Assembly (NCBI RefSeq): GCF_006345805.1
Contig: NW_021832590.1
Location: forward strand, 124,001-188,000
Direction: 5' to 3'
Length of the DNA: 64,000 bases
Source of the DNA: Octopus sinensis
Taxonomy: Eukaryota
Shown: piece by piece, positions 39,501-52,088 of the stretch
Numbering within the stretch: the first letter of the stretch is position 1
Layout of the letters: every line of letters begins with the position of its first letter
Position numbers and translations under genes: made by a program
The notes under the pieces: model-generated
Database searches by the model: none
What the model was told of the DNA's origin: nothing
What the model saw: the letters and a program-made list of their open reading frames with translations, nothing else

Positions 39501-40548
39501 AAATTTCTAATGTTGCACCAAGTATGCTCCGAGATTTTTTTGATTTTCGGCTGAAATTGACGAACAATATCAGACAAAACTCTACAAATAAAAAGAAAAT
39601 AACTGAATATTTTAGTAAAAATGTTTTTTGATGTTTATTAATGGTTTAATTTTTAAAAAAATAACAAACCCCTGTTTTTGGGGCACCCCCGCATTTTGGG
39701 GCACTTGGTGCCCCATTTGGGGGTCGGACTGTAATAAGCATTTTGGTTACGGATATATCTGTGCTTTCGTCCACAATGAGTGTATGGAACCGAGACTCTC
39801 TAATTTCCTGCATACATATCTCTTTGACCACGTAGTCGATGCATTCAACAAACTCAAATGCATAATTTTTACTTCGCCAGCTATCAGGAAGTTCTACATA
39901 TTTTGCCATATGATCATGTATTTCATAACAGAAAGTAATGAAGCATTCATGGAGAGAGCCAAAATAACATTGTCAATGAGAATTTTCACTTTTTCAATTT
40001 TACTTCGTGCACGATCACTCATTTTGAATCTCATCTGTCGGTCATCCTTAGACTCTGTGAGCAAGCAGCTGATTCCAGTTCCTGCTCGAATTCTTCTTAA
40101 TTTTATTATTGAATCTGATGAATTTTATGGGTAATATGTCTCTTCAGATAATCCAATTTCCATATATCCCAGGTTTTTCCACTCGCAAAATCACAAGTCG
40201 CTTTAGCGTCGCCACATATTTTACAAACAACTCCGCAGTCTTCGGAAAAACTAAAAATATCACCCAGTTGCACATGTTGGGGATTTTTGAATCTGGTGTT
40301 AAGGTTTCGACGTACTCTATCAACCATTCCGGCTTAAAAGAAGGAGAATTTTCTTAAGTCTCATATCAATATTATAGACACGTTTTCGTTTTGAAATGAA
40401 AATAAGAATATATAAATTCATATAAAAAATTAAAAAAAATAGCAATTTTTAATATTATACTTTCTACTGCGCAGAAAAAAATTTTGCTGCGCAGCAAGGT
40501 GCAAACTGCTGCGCGGCCGCGCACGCGCGCAGCTTAGAGGGAACACTG
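36509..40548 (-). mobile_element. Full-length hAT transposon (ZNF862-like transposase) with TIRs and an 8-bp TSD
   Basis: TIR CAGTGTTCCCTCTAAGC at both ends; TSD CTTGAGGT at 36501-36508 and 40549-40556. Motifs VCKIC...KRH, DESTD, SDGASVM, HCVVHR, VRWMSR, SSADAERGFS. Several 1-nt frameshifts. Confidence 0.95.
37994..39731 (+). mobile_element. Full-length pogo/Tigger transposon nested in the hAT transposase
   Basis: TIR CAGTCCGACCCC...TGGGGCA with TA duplicated at 37992-37993 and 39732-39733. CENP-B HTH (PISGPIL...FKASNGWL), NCDET, LILDNAGCH, QPLDMGII. Confidence 0.95.
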
Positions 40549-40982
40549 CTTGAGGTACCCCTCTTTTGAGATCGATTCCGACAAACTGTTTCCGCATCGT
40601 AGGTATGACCTCCTCATTGATAAATAGCTCTTCAGCCAATTGACCGTTCTAGACCCGGGTTTGATTTTGGCGACACTTTCCAAGAGGCCCAGGTGCCATA
40701 CGCTGTCAAAAGCTTTTGAGACATCGAGGCAGATAGCAATAGTCGCTATATTGTTTGCAAGACTAAGCGAGATAATTTTCTCGAGTTCTCCGAAACAATC
40801 TCCGCAGGATCTTTTTCGTCGGAATCCCCACTGCTCCGCTGCAAGTGCACCTGATTCCTGTACAAAGTTCGAAAGCCTTATGAAGACAATCCGTTCCATA
40901 ATTTTAGAGACGGAGCATATTAGGCTTATTGTCTGATAGTTCTCTGCATGGTCCTTCATTTTTCCAGACTTGGGAAATATTA

Positions 40983-42758
40983 TGTCACAGTCCGAATAAA
41001 ATACACGCCGAATAATTACATTCTTTAATTTTACTGAAATTAAAAATTTACACAACAAAATGTTTAATTATTATTAAAAATATGATTTTTAATGTAAAAT
41101 TCATTAATTTTTCTACTAATTTGTATAAAAAAACCAACCACACTCATTTTACGCAGTTGTTTGAATATTGTTATTCCATTTTAGGTTATCCTAATAAAAT
41201 TTTCAGATAAAATTTATCGTTAATTTAAATAAAAAATTATTTTTATTATGGATTTATGAAAATTAATCAATTTTAGCTAATCGAGAAATATGAATTCCGT
41301 GTAACCGCTCACCGTCCTCCTTTTCGATAACATAGAGATCATTTCTTCGCTCGACAAAATATACTTATTAACTCAAGTCCATCGTACAGCGGATACTGCC
41401 GAACATTGGCATCGTTGTCCTGTCTAAAAATTAATTTGACGCTTGAGACCTTAAAAGCACAGTCGTTCCGACATTGATATTTTCTTCGTCGTATCTCCAT
41501 TTTCTTTTTTCAATCATTTTTTCGCCAGCAATAATTAAGTTTTCTAATGCACTTTCTCGTGCCTCTGATAATCCAGTTGAATCATAGGCTAAAAGTTGCT
41601 CCATTCCCCCTTCATCAATCCTTCCAGGATTTTCAACACCCATGAATATATAAAAAGGGATTTTTTTTGTCGAAGAATGAATGCTGTTATTGTAATCATA
41701 CACGATGTCCTTTATGCATTCGCGATATCGTCCAAAACAATTTTGAGAAGAACTTGCCGACGATATCCAGCGTTTTATGCTTTGATTAAATCTACAAATC
41801 GATTTTAAATCATTAACCTTTCGACTTGCCCTTGTACCCAAGGAGCACGAGGCCTCCCACGTACATGTTTTATACCATATTTCGTACATAGAGCATCCAT
41901 TTGCGAATTGCAAAATTCCCTTCCATTATCAGTGTGTAGAATAAGCGGAGGCCCGACATAATAAAAATTCTTTGGAATAAATCTGCGATTTCTTCAGAAG
42001 ATTTGGTCACCGACAGTTCAAGCATTACATATTTGGAAAAAGAATCCACAATTACCAAAATCTATTTATTAACATTAAATTCATACCCAGCTAAAGCCAT
42101 CATTCAACGCCGAATATCTTCTGAGGTCAATTAAATCCGCAATGTATCTGTCCCTACATCTCCTTGCAATGATTGGCGTAATCGGAGGCTTCGTAGACAA
42201 TAATTTTTTCGACTAAGATATATTACTAAAAAGAGTTATTACCTGACAGAAAGCACAATTCGGAATCACCTTAGAGATTTCTTCTCTATTCAATCCATAA
42301 TAGAGATTTCTTAATTTCGAAAAAAGCCGGTCTCTCCCAAAGTGGTTATAGTTATGTTCCGCCTAAATTTTATTTATTAAGTTGGACCTCAACGCACTTA
42401 AGCTTTAATTCGATTTCATCTTCACAGAAAAAACGCAATTTAAGCCCATTTTTTCGAAAATATGTTTTCCATTTTCAAAATGGAAATTCTTTCCAATTTT
42501 GTGAGCCTGTATCGCTCATGCCGCTCGATTGACAATGTATCAAAGTTGGAGTCTTTCATTTCTTTGATTTTGTCCAGTGTTTCCTTAAATAATCTCACTA
42601 CACGCATGTTTCACGCTTTTTTAAATAAAAAATAATAATGTGATTCTACTAAAATAATAATCAATTATTGATTTTTTTCATACTAATTTTTAGATTTCTA
42701 ATTTTTTCAGCCATTTGTGACAAGTGTAGATTATTCGGCGTGTATTTTATTCGAACTG
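40983..42758 (-). mobile_element. Ginger-like DNA transposon (gypsy-type integrase) with about 33-bp TIRs
   Basis: Inverted repeats CAGTCCGAATAAAATACACGCCGAATAATTACA (40988-41020) and 42725-42758 differ by 1 mismatch + 1 indel. The left end begins TGT. Confidence 0.85.
41263..42607 (-). pseudogene. Ginger-like H2C2-DDE integrase with five mini-introns and about four 1-nt frameshifts
   Basis: Spliced: VE|AEHNYNHFGRD...CAFCQ|SKK...RDRYIADLIDL...GFSW|ILVIVDSFSKY...ILHTDNGREF...QGQVER|FNQSIKR...YNNSIHSST...VLLR|QDND. Confidence 0.88.
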
Positions 42759-42907
42759 TTATTTTCGTCTTTTTAATTCTAATTCTGTAATAGAAGACCA
42801 GATTTAACTAATAAAATTCAACAGCTTCATTATTGTTAATTAACGAGAGAGACATGGTTAGTAGTGTTAGTATTTTAGTAGTGTTAGTATTTCAGTATTT
42901 GAGACAT

Positions 42908-43225
42908 TTAAGGAGAGAATCTGTCTTGATTCTCTTCTGATGGAGGAGTATCCATAAAAGGAGTAATATTTGGAAATGTTTTCATGTCCTTCAACCAATC
43001 AAGTGGCTTTAGAGAGTCGTCTGATTCATTCATATTTTGTGTTTGAAACGGAGAGTTGCTGTCATCAAAATCTAAGGGAGTAATATTTGGAAATGTTTCC
43101 ATGTCCTTCAACCAATCAAGTGGCTTTAGAGAGTCGTCTGATTCATTCATATTTTGTGTTTGAAATGGAGAGTTATTGTCATCGGAAAATTGATTTTCTG
43201 AATTTTGTGATTCTTTTAGTCCCAT
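42908..43225 (-). repeat. 105-aa ORF built on a 117-bp tandem duplication
   Basis: The 39-aa unit NSPFQTQNMNESDDSLKPLDWLKDM(E/K)TFPNITP occurs twice; the offset 42964 to 43081 is 117 bp. Confidence 0.8.
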
Positions 43226-43788
43226 AATTTTTAACCAATTCGCAAAAAATTAAATATTTAAGTGAATATGTACGTCAAATAATTTTATTTCGAAAAACAA
43301 TATATATAACACTGTAACTGAATATTTTGTCATTTAGTAAATCATGAAATTAAATTGATAGAGAAAACTTTATGAAAAAAAATATTAAAATCGTGCCTTC
43401 AAGATTTATTGCAAATCCATCTGACAGACTATATCAACTCTTATTTTGGGCACATCCACCCATGTGGCACCATTGAATTTAACTATTTTCAAACTTTCTA
43501 ATGGAAATTGTAAAAAAATAATGTTACAAGAAGTAGGCGATTTTTGGAATTTTCCTGCATTTAATTAATTTTATACGTTTGAAAAATTGTAAAACATCAT
43601 TTAATTAAAAAATTTTATCAAAATTAAGATATTCTTTGTATTTTCTATTTCTATGAAGGAGGCCTAACCTGTCACAGAGGCTAAGGTTTTAAAGTTCTTT
43701 AGCCTCCCGAAAAGCTAGGCTATATCGATACCCACATTGAATTTTCTTCGCCGAGGGATTTCCTAAATATTCTAAAGAGAACCTATAT

Positions 43789-44560
43789 CAGAGCTTTTCA
43801 AAAAATAATCCACGGCACACATTAAAAATAAAATAAATAAATTTTTAAGATATGTAAAACTAAGTACAAAAATTGGTAATTTAATGCCCAAATTTTTATT
43901 AATAATGAAAATGAAATCTTAATTATTATTGTTGTTGCATATATCATCAATATCAGGTCGTATGGTTGACAAAGCCACCAGCATTTCAGCATCAATGTTT
44001 CTCAAACTTTCGCGTTTGTTATATTTTATATTATGCAGCTTAGAAAAACCTGTTTCGCATAAATAGGTCGTTGAAAACTGTAAAATTATGGTCAGTGCTT
44101 GTTTTGATAAACTGGGATATATGTTTCGAATATATATCCAGAATTCTCCAATGTCTAACTCCGTCATCTTTAATCTTAAGGATCGATCATTAAATAGCGC
44201 AGTAAGTTCTTCATTTTCTTTAATAGACAAGTTTTTTGATTCAGAGACAAGAAAAGGATTTCGTATCTTAAATATATTAAAAAACTAATAATCCAATCGA
44301 ATTTTTCAATTTCTAAGTCTGGAAAATAAACATCCATTTTGTTTTCCAAAATTATTAAATGTTCATTAATTAGTCCCTGTATCGAATCATCATTATATCC
44401 TTATTAATTGTTTTAATTTGTTTATCTTCTCTGCTTTATATTTTCTTATGTTGTGCACATGTCATAGTACTACCATACAATGGTAGTTTCCCAATGATGC
44501 TACACTATTGTGCTTTTTGTATTTAAATGCACTACATTAAATAGTCATGCATCTACTTAT
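43789..44560 (-). mobile_element. hAT (Buster-like) 3' fragment with terminus
   Basis: FW...YPSLSKQAL...FSTTYLCETGFS dimerisation domain. The terminus CAGAGCTTTTCAAA is preceded by ACCTATAT (NNNTANNN). Confidence 0.8.
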
Positions 44561-44809
44561 TTTTGGTTTTGAGGACATTCGCAAACACGCGAAAAACAAG
44601 GCTGGGTGGAAAAGAATGACTGGGAGGATAGCTGAGAGTGTGGGATAAGCGAAGCCTTAGACAGTGTTTATTCCACTTATTTTAAAATTTTTGTCTAAAT
44701 GGTTCATCACATATTTACCACCTGATCCGATGGTGCTAACATCAGTTGTTGTTTTTCACCTAAAATTAGTGCTTCTATAATTTTTAACTACATATTTGGA
44801 AATTCCCAA

Positions 44810-45130
44810 AAACGTTTTTTAAAGACGGCTGAGAGGGATGTTTTTCTCTGAGAGAATTCAGAACGGCGGGTGTTGATGACAAAAGGGAACTCTACGAGGC
44901 AACAAGCCTGACAGCATCGCGAACATCGCCGTCCATGATTTTGCAATTTACTTTTCTGTAAAGGTAGTCGTCATCGTACGGGGGTGCAGTAAAATTTGGG
45001 CAGGTTGAGTCGAAAGGAGGCTCTGAGTTGGCGAGATAGGCCTGGAGCCAGCAAAGAGAAAAACAGTTCCCGTCGTACGAGGACAGTTCATGTTTGACGG
45101 TCGAAGCAAGCGAGGGGGAGGTTTTGTTAC
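44810..45130 (-). mobile_element. CRE-like N-terminal fragment
   Basis: WLQAYLANSEPPF...DGDVRDAVRLVAS. Confidence 0.7.
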
Positions 45131-46100
45131 TGGAACATGAACGTTGATGAGTATTTACAATATTATAGTTCTTCAAAGGCTTGGATGAAGGTGGAAATAT
45201 TTAATGAATGGTTGTATAATTGGAATAAAACTTTCAAACGAAAACAAAGAAAGATACTTATGTTTGTAGACCAGGGATGGCAAAATACTGGCACGCGTGC
45301 CATGGGTGGCACTTTTGAAACTTTTGAATTTCTTTTTTAAACCGAGTCAAATATGATAGGATATTAATTCTTTTTAACAATTTAACATTTTGTTTTATTA
45401 AAATGGTATTATAATAATTTTTAATAAGGTTAACCCTCCTATTGTTTAATACGCTACAAGTTACGAAAATCTGAAATGCAAAAAATTGACCTTAGTATTA
45501 TAAACTACGATTAATATTTGAATGGTGTGAAGATTGACTTGATTTTAGCTTACAAAAAATCGAGTTTATTTGAAATTTTCGTTACCTTGTCTTTTTAAAA
45601 GACCTTATAAGAACAGAATAAAACTTTAAAAAACAAGGGATTCTATGTGTATATCATTGAATAAAACACGATTCCTGGTTCTGGTTTTCTAGCAAGCAAA
45701 ACAATCATTTTAGAGCGAAATGCGATCAAAATAATTTAAACGTCTCATATTTTACTTATAGTGTATTTTTACAGACAATCATTAAAAATTATTGGACTTA
45801 AGACTATTGTACTTTGTTATTCAAAAAATTAGTGTCTCAACAATTTTTAATCGTCAAATGTATGTTGAACACTTTTCAAGTTAATTAAAACAAAATGGAT
45901 TCTCAAGTCGAATTTGGTTGAAGGAAAAGACAAAGATTTTTTAATTTTCCTTAATGATTAATCTGTGGTAAATTATAAGTAAAACCACGAGTTAGAAACT
46001 TCTTTAAACTATCTTTTTGTACGATATAAAAAATTAAGCTGCTAGAATGAACCTGAATTTGTTACATGATTATTATTATTATTAGAACCAAGATCACAGT
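45130..46100 (+). mobile_element. pogo DDE fragment (45130-45271) cut by a hAT terminus starting at 45272
   Basis: YSSSKAWM...KILMFVD is interrupted by CAGGGATGGCAAAATACTGGCACGCGTGCCA, which is preceded by TTGTAGAC (NNNTANNN). Confidence 0.65.
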
Positions 46101-46700
46101 CCAAACCATAAAACTAATTAATCAGGTGATCCCGGCTTCTCTGAGGAGGGTCCTCAACTTTGCCCGGTGCTCCTCCCTTGTCCCGGCACGATTTCTGTGA
46201 GTGCGCGGTGGTGGTGTTTTAGGGCCTGTAGCCCCGAGGTTTCTTCTCAAGATTTCATTAAATGGGGCGATGGGTAGATGTTCATTCAGTCCTTGTAGTG
46301 CTTTTCGAAAGCGTTCTTGAGTTTTCTCGATTTTAACGCGGTTCGTTCCATTGATAAACCCTCCCCACGCCTCACAAGCATAGCTAAAAGAGGGTTCGAT
46401 GAATTGCCGGTATAATGCTTGGCGTGCGGGGAAGCTGATCCACTTTTTGCATTTTCGGAGAAACACTTTCAAGATGTTCAGTTTCTTCATGCAGCTAGTA
46501 GTAATATTATCGACTTGTTGAGAGAAACACATATGACTGTCGTAAGTCACCCCGAGGATTTTCTGGGATTTTTTAAACGGGATTTCCATGTTATTTAGAT
46601 ACAGGTTCACCACCGTTTTCCCAAGCTTCCTTGCTGAAGTCATAAGCTTGGTGACCAATTTTTCTGGACTCGTTGATAGTCGATTTAGCGAGAGCCAACT
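46100..46700 (-). mobile_element. Jockey/I-like LINE RT C-terminal fragment
   Basis: IPFKKSQKILGVTYDSHMCFSQQV...LY-x-x-FIEPSFSYACEAWG. Confidence 0.8.
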
Positions 46701-47418
46701 TACATGATTATGGGTTTTTAGTTTTTAAATATTGTTCTTAAAAATCTCATATTTAATTTTTTACCGTTCTATAACTGACTCTTCAGAAAAAGCCAAATAA
46801 AAATAAATCTTCAGGATGTATAAGAATAATTTAGTGACCAGGGTTATTTGGTATTATAGAAAGACTGTGACATAGTTCTTAATATAGGACGTCTAAGAAT
46901 AGCGTAAAGTAGTGAAATTATGTTGTGAACGAATAAACTATAGTTACCGAGTGCTTTACATTGACGTAGAGAATAAAGCATGTCATTGGTCCTGTCATCA
47001 CATTTTGCCTCCTGGGGCGTTAAATCGCTAATTCAGTTGTAACAATTGTTCACTGGTTAATCTGACTTTAAGTACTCATTAAATTAAAGAAATTATCAGA
47101 TTAGTCAGTGTACTCCAACATTGTTTTCCATTACAGACCTCGTCCGTCTTTGCCAATTGGGAGATAAAGTCTTTGATTTCCTCAATTTCTGTTAAATTAA
47201 ATGTCAAATCGAGCGAAAAGCGCATTTCCCACACTGACATAAAACATCGAAACTAAGAAAAAACCATTCGATTGGAAGATCACTGTAAAACTGATTATGT
47301 TAATTCGTTGCTGCTTCATAGAGTTTAGTTTAAACTGATGAAAGAGCGCCTACGTAGTTAGGAGAGATGGCATTTGATGCAACTCCTTATCAATATAAAT
47401 TCTATTTTCAGGTACGAA

Positions 47419-48953
47419 ATGGAAAGACACGAAAAAGACAGAAATTCTACCAACGAAAAAATAATGGAATCAAAAATCGAGGAAATGGAAAAAGGTAGTC
47501 GTTTCTAATTATAATTTTAGGTGAGAGATTTCTCCGGAGAATGAGAAAAAGTAATAAACATAGCGGAACAAACCAATTGGGAGGAAATTTTGTAAACGGG
47601 AGACCCTTGCCAAACCAGACTCGTCAGGAAATAATAAAGCTGGCTTATAGTGGAGCGAGGGCATGCGACATTTCAAGGATTCTCCAAGTCTCAAACGGGT
47701 GTGTGTCCAAGATTTTATGTCGCTACAACGAAACTGGATGTTTCGAACCAAGGACGATTGGTGGGAGCAAGCCACGTGTTGCTACAAATCATGTAATTCA
47801 GTACATTGCCCAATACAAGCGAGAATGCCCCTCAATATTTGCTTGGGAAATCCGAGACCGATTGTTGAATAACGCGGTCTGTACACAAGAAAACGTCCCC
47901 AGTGTTGTAAACTAAATAATTACCAGTAGATATCTTCGATAAACAGAGTTTTGAGAAACCTACAAACAGGGAACATCAAAGACATGAATTCTCATTCCAC
48001 ATATACAACTGACTATCAGCCCAGACATGAGATCGGTTACGGAACGAATTGGGCATTTTCTCAGCAAATGTTTACTCAGAACTTGTCTAATTCCTCGGCT
48101 GAGCAATCCACCATGGTAGCACAGACATGTATGACTATTTTATAGTGCAACGCCCTTCAAGATACTCCAGTGAAAAAGAAGAGTCAAAGAAATAGAACTT
48201 CCTTTTCCGCAGAACAATTAAAGACGATGGATGAACGTAAAACGTGGAATTTTAATTTTAGACTTCCAACAGTCTCACTACCCGGATATCTCGATCAGAG
48301 AAAAAATCTCAGAGAAGCTCAATATTCCCGAGGCCCGGATTCAGGTTAAAGAACACTTTTAACAAAAAGGTTTGGTTTTCCAATCGACGGGCAAAGTGGA
48401 GACGTGAGGAAAAACTAAATGAAGACAGAGGAAACGAATCTACCCAAAGAAACTACAAAGTCGAAATTAATGAAAAAATACCGTCTGAAATGTCTCAGCC
48501 ATTCCAAACTAATTTCGGGTCATTTTCTCAGTAACACTTATTGAATAATGTAGAAATATGTACCAGCCATACAACTATATTCCGGACTTGTCAATGCAGA
48601 GTAGAGATGGTCTAGTCCCTGATTATTTCAACCAATTCGTTACAGGTACTTCACTTGTCACTCACTTTTAGTTCCACCTCTTAATACTCGTTATAATTTT
48701 AATTACTGGACAAAAAACGAGACCGAGTCACATGAAGCTTTAAAAAATTACAACTTACAAGATGTCTCCTCAATCGGTAAATACATGCCAAGCGACAACG
48801 AATTTTCTTTGGCAAATACAATGAATGCTTCTTGTTTGTGAGAATGTCTCATGTTTAGCAATGCCCACAATTGAGATCCCTTCAAATCAAGTCATTCGTC
48901 CAGAGTACTACCACGGATTTGACACACGGCCCTTCTGGACCAAATTTAATTAG
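47419..48953 (+). CDS. Pax6: Pax6; 8 introns (26, 26, 30, 25, 25, 23, 26, 25 nt)
   Basis: Paired domain [18 protein letters not shown]...NVPS|[10 protein letters not shown]; homeodomain QRNRTSF...IQ|[15 protein letters not shown] (S50); C-terminus RPFWTKFN*. Confidence 0.95.
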
Positions 48954-49439
48954 AAAGGCTTGAGAAATATAGTTTTATATTTATACGTCTATTTAATCCC
49001 AATAAATTCAATTCTAATATTCAAATTACACAACTAGCACATACTTAGAGATCATTTGTTTGTTTTTTTTCCATTTCTCAGCACTCTGAAACAGTTGAAA
49101 CCACAAAATGACAAAAACCATAAATGGTGATTATAAGCAAGTCTATGCAAGAATTTGTCAAAATGTTTTCACGTAGTTAGGTGTCAATCAACATGATATA
49201 ATAATTGTATAATGTAACTGCTGGTTTTCCTATCGTCTATGACTCAAAGGTATCTCTTCCAACAATTAGTTTTATGACATCAATAAAAAACGATTAGAGG
49301 CCTGTCACAATAAACTGGTCACTATGATTCTAACATTTTAAAGACTGAGTGAATAATAATTATTAGCACTTTCACGAAAGCCATAGTTTTTGTGCAACAC
49401 TCAAAAAGACAATATTAGTGGTTAATTTTTCCGCCTTTT

Positions 49440-49930
49440 CTTGTCGAATGCGAGATTTTTCCTCACACGATTTAGCTCTGTTTTAAATAGTCGAAAGTGT
49501 CGATCTAGGTCGTCCGCAGAAGAGTTTATCGCAACTGTCAAAGTAATTTTCCACTGCTTTGTTAGCGGATGGATCCGGGCTCATTCTTAGTACATCTCCA
49601 AATAGCCTCCATCGGACATCTATCACATCCCCTCTGATGTAGGAACACATACACTTGTTGTAGATACCAATGGTTGATATTCTTTGTGGCCACTCCATTC
49701 CGAGTAAGCTTTTTAGTTGCCTTCTATGAAACTAATCCAGTTCAATAGTTTGTTAGAGGAAGTTCCCCATCATTGTACAGTAGGATTGGTTTCACGAACG
49801 CGTTCTAAATCCTTCATCTAGATTCAATTCCAAGTCCTTTCGTTCTTAGCCATTTTTTTTCGGTGTGGGCATTGTCGCGTTTGCCAGTATTTTCCTTTTA
49901 AGTACATCTTCGGTGTTTCCTAGTAGAAAG
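49440..49930 (-). mobile_element. RTE-like LINE C-terminal fragment
   Basis: WPQRIST...RWRLFGDVLRM...GRPRSTL. Confidence 0.7.
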
Positions 49931-50396
49931 CCGAATTTATTAGTATGAGTGAATGTTATTACAAATTTCCTCTACCTAGTTTGTGACATTTCATAATCTC
50001 TATTTTCAATATTTTATTATTTCTCAAATGGAACACAAGAAACGGAACAAATAAAATGACGTAATCCCGAGAAAGGGTCCTTATCTTTTCTCAATTTTCC
50101 TCACGTGAGTCCGCGTAAGTGCGTCTTAGACGTGTAGTCTGGTTTCCGCGATTGCATTATATCTTTGTCATTATAACAGCATGAGGGCTTTCATGTTCAT
50201 AAAAGCTAACGAAATTTATCTAGTCCAGCGCTTTGTAAAGGCTCTTGTATAAACTTTTCCAAACTTCCAAAGACCGGAAAGACATTTTACGACGTGGATC
50301 TTATATTCAAAATTGTTGATGTTTGCCAAAAGTTTTAATAAAATTTATAATCCAATATATAATTAATATAATTTAAAAAACAAACCTCGTGTTTAG

Positions 50397-51878
<1,482 letters not shown>

Positions 51879-52088
51879 TTGTCGCTTTTCACGTTCCTTT
51901 TTGATTTTTTGTTTACGTTTAATCTTCATTTCATTTTCTCCCTTTACACTCGAAATGAGCAGAAACTAAAATATTGGTAACTGAAGAAGCGTATTTTTAG
52001 AAAGGGGGGAAAGAATAAAAAGATTTCTTAGATGGGAATAAAATAATAAAAAGCATGTAGTTTTATAAAACGTCAATAAAAAATGTGT

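Larger units (their letters stand above)
35840..42800 (-). mobile_element. Jockey-like LINE RT, interrupted by hAT (36509-40548) and Ginger (40983-42758) insertions
   Basis: Rejoined reading KIIFPKSGK...NYQTISL...QWGFR...DVSKAFDSVWH...GVPQ|GSVLSPLLFNIY...YADDI...YLGV. Confidence 0.88.

Noticed and set aside
37994-41020. The pogo and Ginger TIRs share CAGTCCGA
   Set aside because: Only 8 bp match, the transposases differ, and the Ginger end lacks a TA TSD; probably coincidence.
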